NCBI GenBank assembly: GCA_964527735.1
Contig: CAZGPG010000013.1
Coordinates: 28,189-92,188, forward strand
DNA from: an uncultured Chitinophagaceae bacterium
GTDB lineage: Bacteria > Bacteroidota > Bacteroidia > Chitinophagales > Chitinophagaceae
DNA: 64,000 nt
Reading direction: 5' to 3'
In this document: positions 1-9,393 of the stretch, piece after piece
Layout of the letters: the number at the start of each line of letters is the position of its first letter
Position numbering within the stretch: position 1 is the stretch's first letter
Notes under the pieces: model-generated
The model's input: the letters and a program-made list of their open reading frames with translations, nothing else
What the model was told of the DNA's origin: nothing
Database searches by the model: none
Position numbers and translations under genes: made by a program

Positions 1-71
1 TTATATCCGGCAAACTCAGCCATTTTGGCGCCGAGGGCTAAATGGATCTGTGTAAAAGGCGTGTTTTTCAT
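1..71 (-). CDS. gcvT: glycine cleavage system aminomethyltransferase GcvT, first 23 codons only (gene continues beyond the left edge)
   Basis: Reverse-strand ATG at 69-71. The translation MKNTPFTQIHLALGAKMAEFAGY matches the conserved GcvT N-terminus (..LGAKM..FAGY..). It is absent from the ORF track because there is no stop in the window. Confidence 0.7.
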   Translation of the reverse strand, partial: MKNTPFTQIHLALGAKMAEFAGY

Positions 72-360
72 TTATGTAGGTAAGTTGATTGCTGTCGGGA
101 TGGTATGTTTCGCGTTTCTTTGTCATCATCCATTACCGGACGATGGCACAATGGAAACGGGTATTCATTTTAAAAATGATAGAATATGAATCCGGCGGCA
201 AAAATAAGCCGGTAAAGGCACTTTTTCAAATAATGGTTTGCCATACCGGCATCTATCTTAGACATTGCCGTTTATTTCCGCGATGTGGTTTGGTTGAAGC
301 TACCATTCTGTGCCGGGGCCACATTGATATTAATTGCCAAACCCGTTGTCCTGGTCTACG

Positions 361-1890
361 CTATCTCTCTATTTTAAGCGAGCCATACCATTCGGCTGCC
401 GTTTCATAATAAGGCTGTTCCTTAAGCATGCTTTCTGCCCAAATAACATAAAAGCTATATCGTTCCTGGAAGAATTCAGGAGTACCTTCCAGCATGGAAA
501 TGTGATGCGTCAATATCTGCGTTATGTTCATTAATACATTCTTTTTTATCCTGGGGTCTTCAAAATTATGTTCCTTAAGCAGCAGATCTGCTATTTTCAA
601 TTCTGCAGATAAATATGATTTGGCATCGGGTTGTTGTATATAATAGCGATGAGTAGATAATGCTACATAAGGCAGTACCTCATACACTTTACTTTCCAGT
701 AAGCTGAACAGCCGGAATAAATAAAGCTCGTCATAAATTTCACGCCTTACCTCCCTGGACTTTTTATGGAACAGTTGTTTCCAAATAGCATCAGCCGCTT
801 GCATATTGCCTATGCCGGCGTATGCGTTCATCAGGTTGGCATAAATTACCTGCCGGGCCTCCAGCGGCATGCTTTTTTCATAAAACTTCAATTCTTCTTC
901 TGCGGTTTTGATGGCGGCTGTTAAGTGCTTTTTATCACCCATGTAATTATATATGACCAGGTGGTAACCATTTTTATAATAGAATATTTTAGTGCCAAAT
1001 GTTGGCAGATGATTTAGGTTCTGTTCATGGATATAACGGGAAGCCAATTCCAGGCCGTCCAGTCCTTCCCGGAATTTGCAAATTTGAATGCAGGCCGTGA
1101 CATGCTCCAGGACTCCGTCTATATAATCATTGGGTAATATGGCTTGTGTTTTGAGCTGGAGTAATGCTTTGCTGTATTGGTATGCTTCCAAATGGTTAAA
1201 AGTGATGCGATGATATAGCGTATAGATAAAGTTAAAATAAAACTTTGCTTTTTGAGAAGCACAGTCCTCCGGGGATATCACCTCCATAGCTTTTAAAGTA
1301 GCTTCTTTCAGCTCTTGCCTGATGAAGCCATGCTGTCTTTTCATGTCTTTGGCTTTGCCGTAAATATTTTCAAGATGTACGATTTGCATCAGCTTCTGGA
1401 GTACTTCCTGTTCCTCTTCTGCTATGGCTTTAATACTTCTCGGCGGCTGATCCAATACAATATTGAGCTTCCGTTCCCATTCCAGCACTTGCAGTAACAA
1501 CCGGAACTTTTCATAAGCAATAGCATCATTATAGGCTTTCCTGAGCAGGTAGAGGCTTTGATCCGGCAGGTTAAGGCCATACAGTATCTCGATGTCCGAG
1601 AGATAGTTATGTATCCTGATCTCCATAGACTGCTCCTGGTGGAACATCCTGAGGCTTTTCCGTACATTTTCAAATAACCGCTTTTTAACAGGAGTATAAT
1701 TGCCGGTACCCTCTTTTTCAGAAATTTCAGAAATGTCGGTTTTAGAGCTGCATAAGGTTTGAAAAAGCTGAAGGTATAAGGGGTCGCTTTTTGATGCGGC
1801 AAAAGCGGATGAAAGTAGTGAAAAATGCCTCTTTTCCGCACCCGACATAGCTTGTACCAGCTTTTGCAGATCTTTTAATTTGTAGCCCAT
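361..1890 (-). CDS. hypothetical protein, all-alpha/TPR-like repeat architecture, function unknown
   Basis: 509-aa ORF with an ATG start and no competing frame. The sequence is helix-rich (e.g. YLLRKAYNDAIAYEKFRLLLQVLEWERKL, ANLMNAYAGIGNMQAADAIWKQLF). No signal peptide or catalytic motif recognised. Divergent from the T9SS cargo pair at 2061-6930. Confidence 0.6.
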   Translation of the reverse strand: MGYKLKDLQKLVQAMSGAEKRHFSLLSSAFAASKSDPLYLQLFQTLCSSKTDISEISEKEGTGNYTPVKKRLFENVRKSLRMFHQEQSMEIRIHNYLSDIEILYGLNLPDQSLYLLRKAYNDAIAYEKFRLLLQVLEWERKLNIVLDQPPRSIKAIAEEEQEVLQKLMQIVHLENIYGKAKDMKRQHGFIRQELKEATLKAMEVISPEDCASQKAKFYFNFIYTLYHRITFNHLEAYQYSKALLQLKTQAILPNDYIDGVLEHVTACIQICKFREGLDGLELASRYIHEQNLNHLPTFGTKIFYYKNGYHLVIYNYMGDKKHLTAAIKTAEEELKFYEKSMPLEARQVIYANLMNAYAGIGNMQAADAIWKQLFHKKSREVRREIYDELYLFRLFSLLESKVYEVLPYVALSTHRYYIQQPDAKSYLSAELKIADLLLKEHNFEDPRIKKNVLMNITQILTHHISMLEGTPEFFQERYSFYVIWAESMLKEQPYYETAAEWYGSLKIER

Positions 1891-2060
1891 GCCTTGTTTT
1901 TATTTCAGGATATAAATATTTTGTAAAATAAAAAATAAAAATCAGAATAGTCTCTTTTAAGAGAAATCTGTTTTTGGGATCATTTACTATGTGCTTTCAT
2001 TTGTGAATGAGCATCGGGGTTTTTTTAAGCATCTATTATTAACCATTTAAATTTAAAAAA

Positions 2061-4250
2061 ATGAAAAATGAATTTTTATTTCCGAGAATATTAAGTATTT
2101 CAAATGTACTTGGTTCCAGACGTATGTTGGCTATTCTGATTCCTCTTTTATGTGTTATGGCAGGAAACGCATTTGCCCAGACAGTTGCATTTGAATGGGT
2201 CAAAGCTATAAGCGGCAGTGAAGATGATTATGGCCGCAACGTTGTTGCGGACCGTATGGGTAATGTATATATGGCCGGTTATTACAATTCCTCTGCACTG
2301 GACTTTAATCCCGGTGGAAGCGGAGGTGCGGTGACGAATGCAGGGGATGAAGATGTGTTTTTGGTTAAGTACGATGCGGGTGGTAATCTTCTCTGGGTTA
2401 AAAATATTGGGGGAGACACTACCGAGAATATCAATGGATTGGCTATAGACGAAAAAACGGGTAGCGTTATAATGACGGGCTCTTTTAACTTTAAATCCAC
2501 CACATTAGACTTTAATCCCGGAGGAAGCGGAGGTACAGTGAGTAACGCAGGCGATGCCGATATATACGTGGCTAAGTATGATACAAGCGGTAATTTCCTT
2601 TGGGCCAAGTCTGTAGGCGGGAGCGGTAGCGATATTGGCTCCGGAGTAGCGGCAGACAGCGACGGTAATGTATTTGTGACAGGATATTACTCCTCGGCCA
2701 GCATGGACTTTAATCCCGGAGGCGCGGGTGGGAGCGTTACTAACCTGGGATCGACTGATATTTTCTTAGTTAAATATGATTCGAGCGGTAATTTTCTCTG
2801 GTCTAAAAGCATGGGAGGAATCAGAACGGATATGGGTAATGCAATAGCCGTTGACGGCATAGGTAATGTGTATATTACGGGACGTTATGGATTTGCGATC
2901 TCGCCCCCGGCTTCAGATTTTAATCCCGGAGGCGCCGGAGGAACGATTACTCCTGTAGGGAATATTGACGTCTATATCGCCAAGTATGATGCGGGCGGCA
3001 ATTTTCGCTGGGTGAAAGGTATGGGCGGAAGCAATATGGAATATGCTCTGGGAATAACGGCGGACGCTATTGGTAATGTGTATTTTACAGGGTGGTATCA
3101 ATCAAACTCGATAGATTTTAATATAGGGGGTACCGGGGGATCGGTTACTAAACTGGGAACTAACAATAATGCGTTTTTAGCTGCATACGATTCAGCCGGT
3201 AATTTCCGCTGGGTCAACAATTTGGGCGGAAGCGGCGGTTATACCCAGGGTTTAGCGACTATCATGAGCGGCATGGGTAATGTGTATGTGACAGGATGGT
3301 CAACCGTACCGGTGCCGGATTTTGATCTCAGAGGAGGAAACCCCGCAGGAGCGCTCCAGAGGGGTGGGACTTCAACATCAAATACCGCCGCATTCCTGGC
3401 AGAATATGATACAAGCGGTAATTTCCTCTCGCTTAAAGGTGTTGCAGGTACCACGGGAAGTGGTGTTACCGCTTTGACTCCCGGAGCTCAAGGTTACGGC
3501 GCAGCCTGCGACGGATTGGGTAACGTATATATGACAGGATGGTTTCGGTCGGGCGCAGCAGAATTTAACCTGGGCGGTACCGGAGGCTCGCTTACTTCAG
3601 TTAATGAGGACGGCTTTCTTGTGAAATACGCATGCAATGATACGAGCTCCTCTTATATTGCCGACTCAACATGTGCGGCAAGCTACACCCTGAATGGCAG
3701 CGTATATACTGCCAGCGGTACCTATGTACAGCATTTCCCCAATGCTGTGGGCTGTGACAGCGTGGTTACGCTTGATTTGATATTAACCCCCATTGCCAAG
3801 CCGCTTATTGATGTAAATCAATTGTTATTAAGCGCAATCGGTACCTATGCTACATACCAATGGATCAAAAATGACACCCTTATTCCCGGAGCTACGGCAA
3901 ATACTTATACCGTTACTTCAAACGGGAACTACCGGCTGGCCGTTACCAATGATAAGGGCTGCACGGATACTTCGGACGTATATTCCGTGACCAACGTAGC
4001 CGTAAATGATATCCACGCCGTGATCAACCAGATCCGGATCTATCCGAATCCTGCCGAAGCCGTGGTGTATATTAATTCGCCTGTAAAGGTAAATATACAT
4101 ATTACTGATATGGCCGGCAGATTAATCAAGACCGAAGACGCCGCTGTTTCCATTCCCATTGCTGAATTGGCCCCGGGCGCTTACCTGCTGAACATAATAA
4201 GCGAAGAAGGAGCAGTGTTTAAAACGGAAAAACTGATTAAGCTGAAATAA
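2061..4250 (+). CDS. secreted SBBP-type beta-propeller repeat protein with T9SS type A C-terminal sorting domain
   Basis: 729 aa with a signal peptide (..LLCVMAGNAFAQ). About seven ~55-aa blades repeat GN.Y.TGYY....DFNPGG.GG......D.F..KYD..GN.LW.K. The C-terminus IYPNPAEAVVYI...LAPGAYLLNI...KLIKLK is a Por_Secre_tail-type CTD. Confidence 0.85.
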   Translation: MKNEFLFPRILSISNVLGSRRMLAILIPLLCVMAGNAFAQTVAFEWVKAISGSEDDYGRNVVADRMGNVYMAGYYNSSALDFNPGGSGGAVTNAGDEDVFLVKYDAGGNLLWVKNIGGDTTENINGLAIDEKTGSVIMTGSFNFKSTTLDFNPGGSGGTVSNAGDADIYVAKYDTSGNFLWAKSVGGSGSDIGSGVAADSDGNVFVTGYYSSASMDFNPGGAGGSVTNLGSTDIFLVKYDSSGNFLWSKSMGGIRTDMGNAIAVDGIGNVYITGRYGFAISPPASDFNPGGAGGTITPVGNIDVYIAKYDAGGNFRWVKGMGGSNMEYALGITADAIGNVYFTGWYQSNSIDFNIGGTGGSVTKLGTNNNAFLAAYDSAGNFRWVNNLGGSGGYTQGLATIMSGMGNVYVTGWSTVPVPDFDLRGGNPAGALQRGGTSTSNTAAFLAEYDTSGNFLSLKGVAGTTGSGVTALTPGAQGYGAACDGLGNVYMTGWFRSGAAEFNLGGTGGSLTSVNEDGFLVKYACNDTSSSYIADSTCAASYTLNGSVYTASGTYVQHFPNAVGCDSVVTLDLILTPIAKPLIDVNQLLLSAIGTYATYQWIKNDTLIPGATANTYTVTSNGNYRLAVTNDKGCTDTSDVYSVTNVAVNDIHAVINQIRIYPNPAEAVVYINSPVKVNIHITDMAGRLIKTEDAAVSIPIAELAPGAYLLNIISEEGAVFKTEKLIKLK

Positions 4251-4268
4251 AGGTTACCCGGTATGTTT

Positions 4269-4300
4269 ATGTAAAGACGTGAGCAATCGCGTCTTTACAT
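4269..4300 (+). terminator. stem-loop after the SBBP gene, a diverged copy of the GTAGAGACGCG..CGCGTCTCTAC palindrome family
   Basis: atgtaaagacg-tgagcaatcg-cgtctttacat gives an 11-bp stem starting 19 nt after the stop at 4250. Confidence 0.5.
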
Positions 4301-4386
4301 AACATATTGCGAGTGATTTCCAGGCCGGTTACATACGCCGGATGCCCATCCATTCTCTTTACCCCGGATCCATTACCCCTGATTAA

Positions 4387-6930
4387 ATGAAATGTAAAGT
4401 ACTTTTTTTCTGCCTGCAATTATATTGTATGTTTTCTCTTGATGTGAAGGCGCAGGAGGGAAATGTATGGGCATTTGGCGATAAGGCAGGCGTGAATTTC
4501 AATACCAGTCCACCCACCCCTATTCTTACGGCCATCAGTACGAGCGAAGGCTGTGCTTCTATCTGCGATGCCAGCGGGCAATTATTGTTCTATACCGATG
4601 GCACTTCTGCCTGGAATCGCAATCATAACCTTATGCCGAACGGGACTAATCTGACAGGTGCGGGTAATATTACTTCCAGCACCACTCAGGGAGCGTTGAT
4701 TGTTCCAATGCCGGGAAATACCGGCAAATACTATATTTTCTCATTAGGAAACCGTGAAAATGCATTTTATTTCGGCCGGTTATATTACAGTGTGGTTGAT
4801 ATGTCTTTAAATGCGGGACTTGGAGATGTAGCATCCAAAGGGAAGCTGATGGACAGTATGCTCACGGAGCATATGACCTGTGTTGCAGGAGATAACTGTA
4901 ATATCTGGCTTTTGGTGATTTCCCGTTCCGATGCCAAATTTAAAGTTTACAATATTGATTTTACCGGTATCGCTTCCGTTCCCGTGGTTTCACCAAGAAC
5001 TGCAGGGGGAGGAACGTCCAACGGGTTGGTAGGATGCATTGACATATCGCCCGACCGCAGTAAGATAGCTGTGGCGCAGGGCAACCTGGTGATGTACGAT
5101 TTTGATGCGGTTTCGGGAACGGTAACGCAGCCAATGGTGCTGGATAACAGCGTTTCAAATCCCTATTATGGTGTTTGCTTTTCTCCCGGCAATACAAAAT
5201 TATATGCCACCTCGGACGACCCGATCTGGCAATTTGATTTAAGCCTGCCGGGTGCGGCTGCTATCGCAGCTTCGAAAACCCTGCTTTCAAAAGGTTTTTG
5301 GCCTGCCATAAGGAGGGGGCCCGACGGGAAGGTTTATTGTGCCAGCACGGGTAGATATTTACATGTCGTTAACCGGCCTGATATTGCCGGTACGCCATGC
5401 CAGTTTGTCTATCAGGGATTCCCCCTGCTTACCGCATCACAATCCCAGCTGGGGCTGCCAAACGCTACCATCGCGACCAGGAAGAAAGTTTACCGGTCCC
5501 GGACGGATACGGTTTTTTGCAAAAGCCAGCTTCTCTTAACGGCGACCGATGCTTCAGGAACGAATTATGTATGGGAAAACAACAACACCGGGCCAACGCG
5601 CATGATCAGTGGTTCGGGGACTTACTGGGTCCGCTACGAGGTAAGCTCGCCCTGTATGCTGGAAGAAGTCGTTGATACATTTAAGGTGTTTTTCGATTTC
5701 TCGGTCAATATGCGGTCTTCAGTTACAGCCGACTCTGGCTTATGCAGGGCAGACGTGACATCTATGACGGCTAATAATCACAACGGTTCGGATTATATCT
5801 GGGATAATGGCAGTGCCGGAAAAGAACGGCAGGTAAATCAAAGCGGAATTTATTGGGTCAGCTATGATATTGATTCCCTCTGTGAACACCATGTTGACAG
5901 CTTTATTATTTATTACCCCGAGCCGGGTTATAAGGTATCCTTTAGTACGGATACATTAGTTTGCCAGGACGAGCAGATATCTTTCCGCAATACATCCGAT
6001 GTGCTTTTCAGTATGTTCAACTGGTCATTCGGAGATCAGCATATTTCTGTGCTTGAAAATCCTCAGCATGTATATAGTCGTCCTGGGAGCTATCGTGTAA
6101 TGCTTGTCGGCCGGATCAATGATATCTGCTCCGATACGGCTTATCTGACGATAGACGTAGACGCGCCTTCGGTGAGTGATTTTACAGTTGAGCCGGACAG
6201 CATTTGTTCCGGGGAATCCGTTACTTTTTATCCGCAAGCCGGCAGTACCGTTACCGGTTTGCATTGGCAGTTTGGCGACGGCAAAGAAATGGCGACCGGT
6301 GCCGGCGAAAGCGCTATCCGTCATGTTTATGATACTTCCGGTACCATGCGGGTAATACTTACTACCCATTTCAGTGCTTGCCCGGATACTTCTTTCAGCC
6401 GCACAGTGCATGTGGATCCTTTGCCACAAGTATATCTGGGAGAAGATACTTCTATCTGTGTGGGTAGCGCTCCCGTTGTATTGGTTAACCTTACCCATAA
6501 TGCACCGGGCGATTATCATTATCTCTGGAATACCGGCGACAAAACCCGGCATTTAAATGTGGATCGTTACGGTGTTTACAGTCTGACCGTAAGTAGTGCA
6601 ACCTCGGGTTGTGCTGCAACTGATAGTGTCAGAGTGGAAAAGGATTGTTTTATAGACATTCCGAATGGATTTACGCCTAATAATGACGGAGTGAATGATT
6701 ATTTCTTTCCCGGTCAAAAACTGTCTGGCAGTGTAACCCGTTTCAGGATGCAGATCTTTAACCGGTGGGGGCAGGAGGTGTTTTCCACTACGGATATAAA
6801 CGGCCGTGGCTGGGATGGAAAGCTCAATGGAAAAGATCAGCCGCAAGGGGTATATATCTATGTAATAGACGCGGTGATAAACGGAATCCGGAACGAACAC
6901 CGTCAGGGAAATCTGACATTGGTCCGATAG
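4387..6930 (+). CDS. large secreted protein with PKD-like modules and T9SS type B (gliding-motility-associated, CHU_C-type) C-terminal domain
   Basis: 847 aa with a signal peptide (..SLDVKAQ) and PKD-like segments (WSFGDQH.., WQFGDGKE..). The C-terminus is IPNGFTPNNDGVNDYFFP...IFNRWGQEVF...GWDGKLNG...PQGVYIYV...GNLTLVR. Confidence 0.85.
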   Translation: MKCKVLFFCLQLYCMFSLDVKAQEGNVWAFGDKAGVNFNTSPPTPILTAISTSEGCASICDASGQLLFYTDGTSAWNRNHNLMPNGTNLTGAGNITSSTTQGALIVPMPGNTGKYYIFSLGNRENAFYFGRLYYSVVDMSLNAGLGDVASKGKLMDSMLTEHMTCVAGDNCNIWLLVISRSDAKFKVYNIDFTGIASVPVVSPRTAGGGTSNGLVGCIDISPDRSKIAVAQGNLVMYDFDAVSGTVTQPMVLDNSVSNPYYGVCFSPGNTKLYATSDDPIWQFDLSLPGAAAIAASKTLLSKGFWPAIRRGPDGKVYCASTGRYLHVVNRPDIAGTPCQFVYQGFPLLTASQSQLGLPNATIATRKKVYRSRTDTVFCKSQLLLTATDASGTNYVWENNNTGPTRMISGSGTYWVRYEVSSPCMLEEVVDTFKVFFDFSVNMRSSVTADSGLCRADVTSMTANNHNGSDYIWDNGSAGKERQVNQSGIYWVSYDIDSLCEHHVDSFIIYYPEPGYKVSFSTDTLVCQDEQISFRNTSDVLFSMFNWSFGDQHISVLENPQHVYSRPGSYRVMLVGRINDICSDTAYLTIDVDAPSVSDFTVEPDSICSGESVTFYPQAGSTVTGLHWQFGDGKEMATGAGESAIRHVYDTSGTMRVILTTHFSACPDTSFSRTVHVDPLPQVYLGEDTSICVGSAPVVLVNLTHNAPGDYHYLWNTGDKTRHLNVDRYGVYSLTVSSATSGCAATDSVRVEKDCFIDIPNGFTPNNDGVNDYFFPGQKLSGSVTRFRMQIFNRWGQEVFSTTDINGRGWDGKLNGKDQPQGVYIYVIDAVINGIRNEHRQGNLTLVR

Positions 6931-7112
6931 GTGAGAAACTATGGCTATCCCTGTTCATTGAAATGATGCCGGACTGCTGTCATCCCGAACGCCGCTGTGC
7001 TGTACAATGTCTTTGTACATCCGCTTTTACAGAGTTCCTGGCTGAACTATTTAAATAAGAAGTAGTTTCCGGTATTGTCCTTACTCTTAAATACTGTACC
7101 TATGTTCGACCC

Positions 7113-7151
7113 AAAAGAAAAAAGCCTCTAAGTTTTTCAACTTAAAGGCTT
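7113..7151 (-). terminator. rho-independent terminator of tRNA-Phe
   Basis: On the minus strand, 11 nt after the tRNA 3' end: AAGCCTTTAAG-TTGAAAAA-CTTAGAGGCTT followed by TTTTCTTTTG. Confidence 0.7.
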
Positions 7152-7162
7152 GATTTTCTGTG

Positions 7163-7235
7163 TGGTGTGGGCCGGGATCGAACCGGCGACACAAGGATTT
7201 TCAGTCCTTTGCTCTACCAACTGAGCTACCGCACC
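7163..7235 (-). tRNA. tRNA-Phe (anticodon GAA)
   Basis: The minus strand reads GGTGCGG-TA-GCTC-AGTTGGTA-GAGC-A-AAGGA-CTGAAAA-TCCTT-GTGTC-GCCGG-TTCGATC-CCGGC-CCACACC-A. This folds as a cloverleaf with one C:A mismatch in the acceptor stem. CCA is not encoded. Confidence 0.93.
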
Positions 7236-7252
7236 ATTCCCTTTTGGGACGG

Positions 7253-7282
7253 CAAAGATAATACTAATTGTCAATTCTCCAA
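7253..7282 (-). promoter_or_regulatory. candidate Bacteroidota sigma-A promoter of tRNA-Phe (-33 TTG / -7 TATCTTTG)
   Basis: TATCTTTG on the minus strand (7253-7260) ends 17 nt upstream of the tRNA 5' end. A TTG (7280-7282) lies 19 nt further upstream. Confidence 0.45.
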
Positions 7283-7318
7283 AAGCTAAATCACGTCCGG
7301 GAGTTCGCGGCAATACTT

Positions 7319-7326
7319 TATTTTTG
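7319..7326 (+). promoter_or_regulatory. candidate -7 box (TATTTTTG)
   Basis: Matches TAnnTTTG and lies 35 nt upstream of ATG 7362. Confidence 0.3.
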
Positions 7327-7361
7327 ACCCAAACCCGATCAGGAAAACAGAATAAAGCTAC

Positions 7362-8516
7362 ATGCAGTTGTACGAAGTAAAAACCGCCGCGGACAAACAG
7401 TTGTTTCTAAACGTTCCGGCGGATATTTACCGGAATGACCCGAACTGGATCCGCCCCCTGGATAAAGACATTGAGCATGTTTTTGATCCGGAGAAAAACA
7501 AATTCTTCAAAAAAGGAACCTGCAAACGCTGGGTGCTGAAAGACGCTCAGGGTAAGGCGATCGGCAGGGTCGCCGCTTTCGTGAACCGGCAATATAAAAA
7601 TGACCAGCCTACCGGTGGTATCGGCTTTTTCGAATGTATCAATGACCAGCAGGCCGCCAACTTTATCTTTGACCATTGCAGGGAATGGCTGCAGCAGCAG
7701 GGCATGGAGGCTATGGACGGTCCCATCAACTTCGGCGAACGCGACAAATGGTGGGGACTGCAGGTGGAAGGATTCCAGGAGCCACTGTACTGCATGAACT
7801 ACAATCCACCTTACTACCAGGCGTTGTTCGAAAATTACGGTTTTAAGGTTTATTTCGACCAGGTATGCTTTGCCATGAAAGTAGATACCCGGCTGCAGAA
7901 TAAATTTTACGAACGCCATGCGATAATTGCACAGGATCCGGGCTTTAAAGCAGTACATATCCGTAAAAATGAACTGGCGCGTTTTGCCAAAGATTTTACA
8001 TACGTCTATAATAAAGCCTGGGCCAGTCACGGTGGTGGAAAAACACTCGAGGAACGTACCGTCCGGAAAATGTTTAACACGATGAAGCCCGTTTTGGATG
8101 AGCATATTACCTGGTTTACTTATTATAACGATGAGCCCGTTGCCATGTGGATCAATCTGCCGGATCTGAACCAGTATTTCAAACACCTGAATGGGAAATT
8201 TGACCTGCTCCGGAAGCTGAAGTTTCTCTGGCTTAAACAGAGAGGCGCCTGCAGCCGCTTTGTGGGCATCGCATTCGGGATTATACCGGAGTTCCAGGGC
8301 AGGGGGGTGGATGCGTTCATGATCGTCGAAGCGGCTAAGATCATACAGCGGAGGATGAAATATAAGGATTATGAATTGCAGTGGATCGGCGATTTCAATC
8401 CTAAAATGATGAATATCGCAGAAAGCCTGGGTACGCACCGCAGCCGGAAACTATGCACGTACCGCTACCTCTTTGACCGGGAAAAGGAATTCAAACGTCA
8501 TGGATTGTTAGGATAG
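7362..8516 (+). CDS. uncharacterised protein, probable GNAT-fold acyltransferase family
   Basis: 384-aa ORF with a C-terminal ..GIAFGIIPEFQGRGVDAFMIVEAAK.. segment resembling a GNAT acyl-CoA loop. The assignment is by resemblance only. Confidence 0.5.
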   Translation: MQLYEVKTAADKQLFLNVPADIYRNDPNWIRPLDKDIEHVFDPEKNKFFKKGTCKRWVLKDAQGKAIGRVAAFVNRQYKNDQPTGGIGFFECINDQQAANFIFDHCREWLQQQGMEAMDGPINFGERDKWWGLQVEGFQEPLYCMNYNPPYYQALFENYGFKVYFDQVCFAMKVDTRLQNKFYERHAIIAQDPGFKAVHIRKNELARFAKDFTYVYNKAWASHGGGKTLEERTVRKMFNTMKPVLDEHITWFTYYNDEPVAMWINLPDLNQYFKHLNGKFDLLRKLKFLWLKQRGACSRFVGIAFGIIPEFQGRGVDAFMIVEAAKIIQRRMKYKDYELQWIGDFNPKMMNIAESLGTHRSRKLCTYRYLFDREKEFKRHGLLG

Positions 8517-8520
8517 ATCA

Positions 8521-9384
8521 TCAGACATTCCCTTGTAAACATTCGAATAGCCGGATCACTTCCACCGCCTCTTTTACATCGTGCACACGCAAAATGGAAG
8601 CGCCTTGCTGTAATGCTGCCATATGCAGCGCTGTCGTGCCATTTAGTGCTGCTTCTGGTGTAATGCCCAGTGTGCGGCAGATCATAGATTTTCGTGAAAT
8701 GCCGGCCAGTACCGGTCTGCCGGTTATCCGCAGGGTATGCAGCCCGCGGAGCAAAGCAAAATTGTGCGAATCTGTTTTCCCGAATCCGAATCCCGGGTCG
8801 ATAATGATATCATGGATGCCGGCCGCGGCGGCCGCCTGGCAAGCTTCGGAGAGATATTGCAGCACTTCCTGTACCACATCCCCGTATTGCGGATTATCCT
8901 GCATTGTTTGCGGTGTTCCCTGCATGTGCATGGCGATATAAGGAACCTTCAATGCGGCAACTGCAGACAGCATTTCATGATCAAGCACACCGGCGCTGAT
9001 ATCGTTCACGATCAGCGCTCCCGCGGCGACTGCTGCGCGGGCCACCGCAGCATGGTAAGTATCTGCAGAGATCCAGGTATCCGGGAAGCGCGCATGCAGC
9101 GCCTCGATCACCGGTACCACACGGTCTGTTTCTTCCGCCACAGATACCGGTACTGCTCCTGGACGGGTAGATACTCCTCCTACATCGAGGATGATCGCCC
9201 CCTCTCTGATCATCTGCTCTGCTTGCCCCAGCATCCCGGGAATACTGTTGTTCTTTCCGCGGGTGTAAAAGCTGTCGGGGGTTACATTCAGAATGCCCAT
9301 TACTATAGGGCGTGACAGGTCCAGCAGCCGTCCCCGGCTTTGTAAAGTGGTTTGTACCGGTAAAAGTGTATTTTTGAAACCCAT
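8521..9384 (-). CDS. folP: dihydropteroate synthase
   Basis: DHPS motifs are present: GILNVTPDSFY, LDVGGVSTRPG and IIDPGFGFGKT. I trimmed the 419-aa track ORF to the ATG at 9382-9384 (MGFKNTLL.., 287 aa). The upstream extension has no DHPS similarity and overlaps the divergent gene. Confidence 0.9.
   Translation of the reverse strand: MGFKNTLLPVQTTLQSRGRLLDLSRPIVMGILNVTPDSFYTRGKNNSIPGMLGQAEQMIREGAIILDVGGVSTRPGAVPVSVAEETDRVVPVIEALHARFPDTWISADTYHAAVARAAVAAGALIVNDISAGVLDHEMLSAVAALKVPYIAMHMQGTPQTMQDNPQYGDVVQEVLQYLSEACQAAAAAGIHDIIIDPGFGFGKTDSHNFALLRGLHTLRITGRPVLAGISRKSMICRTLGITPEAALNGTTALHMAALQQGASILRVHDVKEAVEVIRLFECLQGNV
9369..9376 (+). promoter_or_regulatory. candidate -7 box (TATTTTTG) for the DUF1599-DoxX-permease-Trx operon
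   Basis: Matches TAnnTTTG. It lies 17 nt upstream of ATG 9394 and 53 nt upstream of the alternative ATG 9430. Confidence 0.35.
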
Positions 9385-9393
9385 AACAGGATC

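Noticed and set aside
89-534. ORFs 89-409 and 334-534 (plus strand)
   Set aside because: They lie in the gcvT-hypothetical spacer and antisense to the 3' end of the 509-aa gene. They have no motifs and an odd, Cys/Arg-rich composition.
361-7235. Genomic island integrated at the 3' end of tRNA-Phe
   Set aside because: The T9SS cassette does face the tRNA 3' end. However, there is no integrase, and I could not find a direct repeat of the tRNA 3' segment anywhere in the window. A normal terminator directly follows the tRNA.
7407-8438. 343-aa minus-strand ORF
   Set aside because: It lies entirely antisense to the 384-aa plus-strand gene. Its composition is low-complexity and H/P/F-rich with no motifs. 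It is a shadow ORF.
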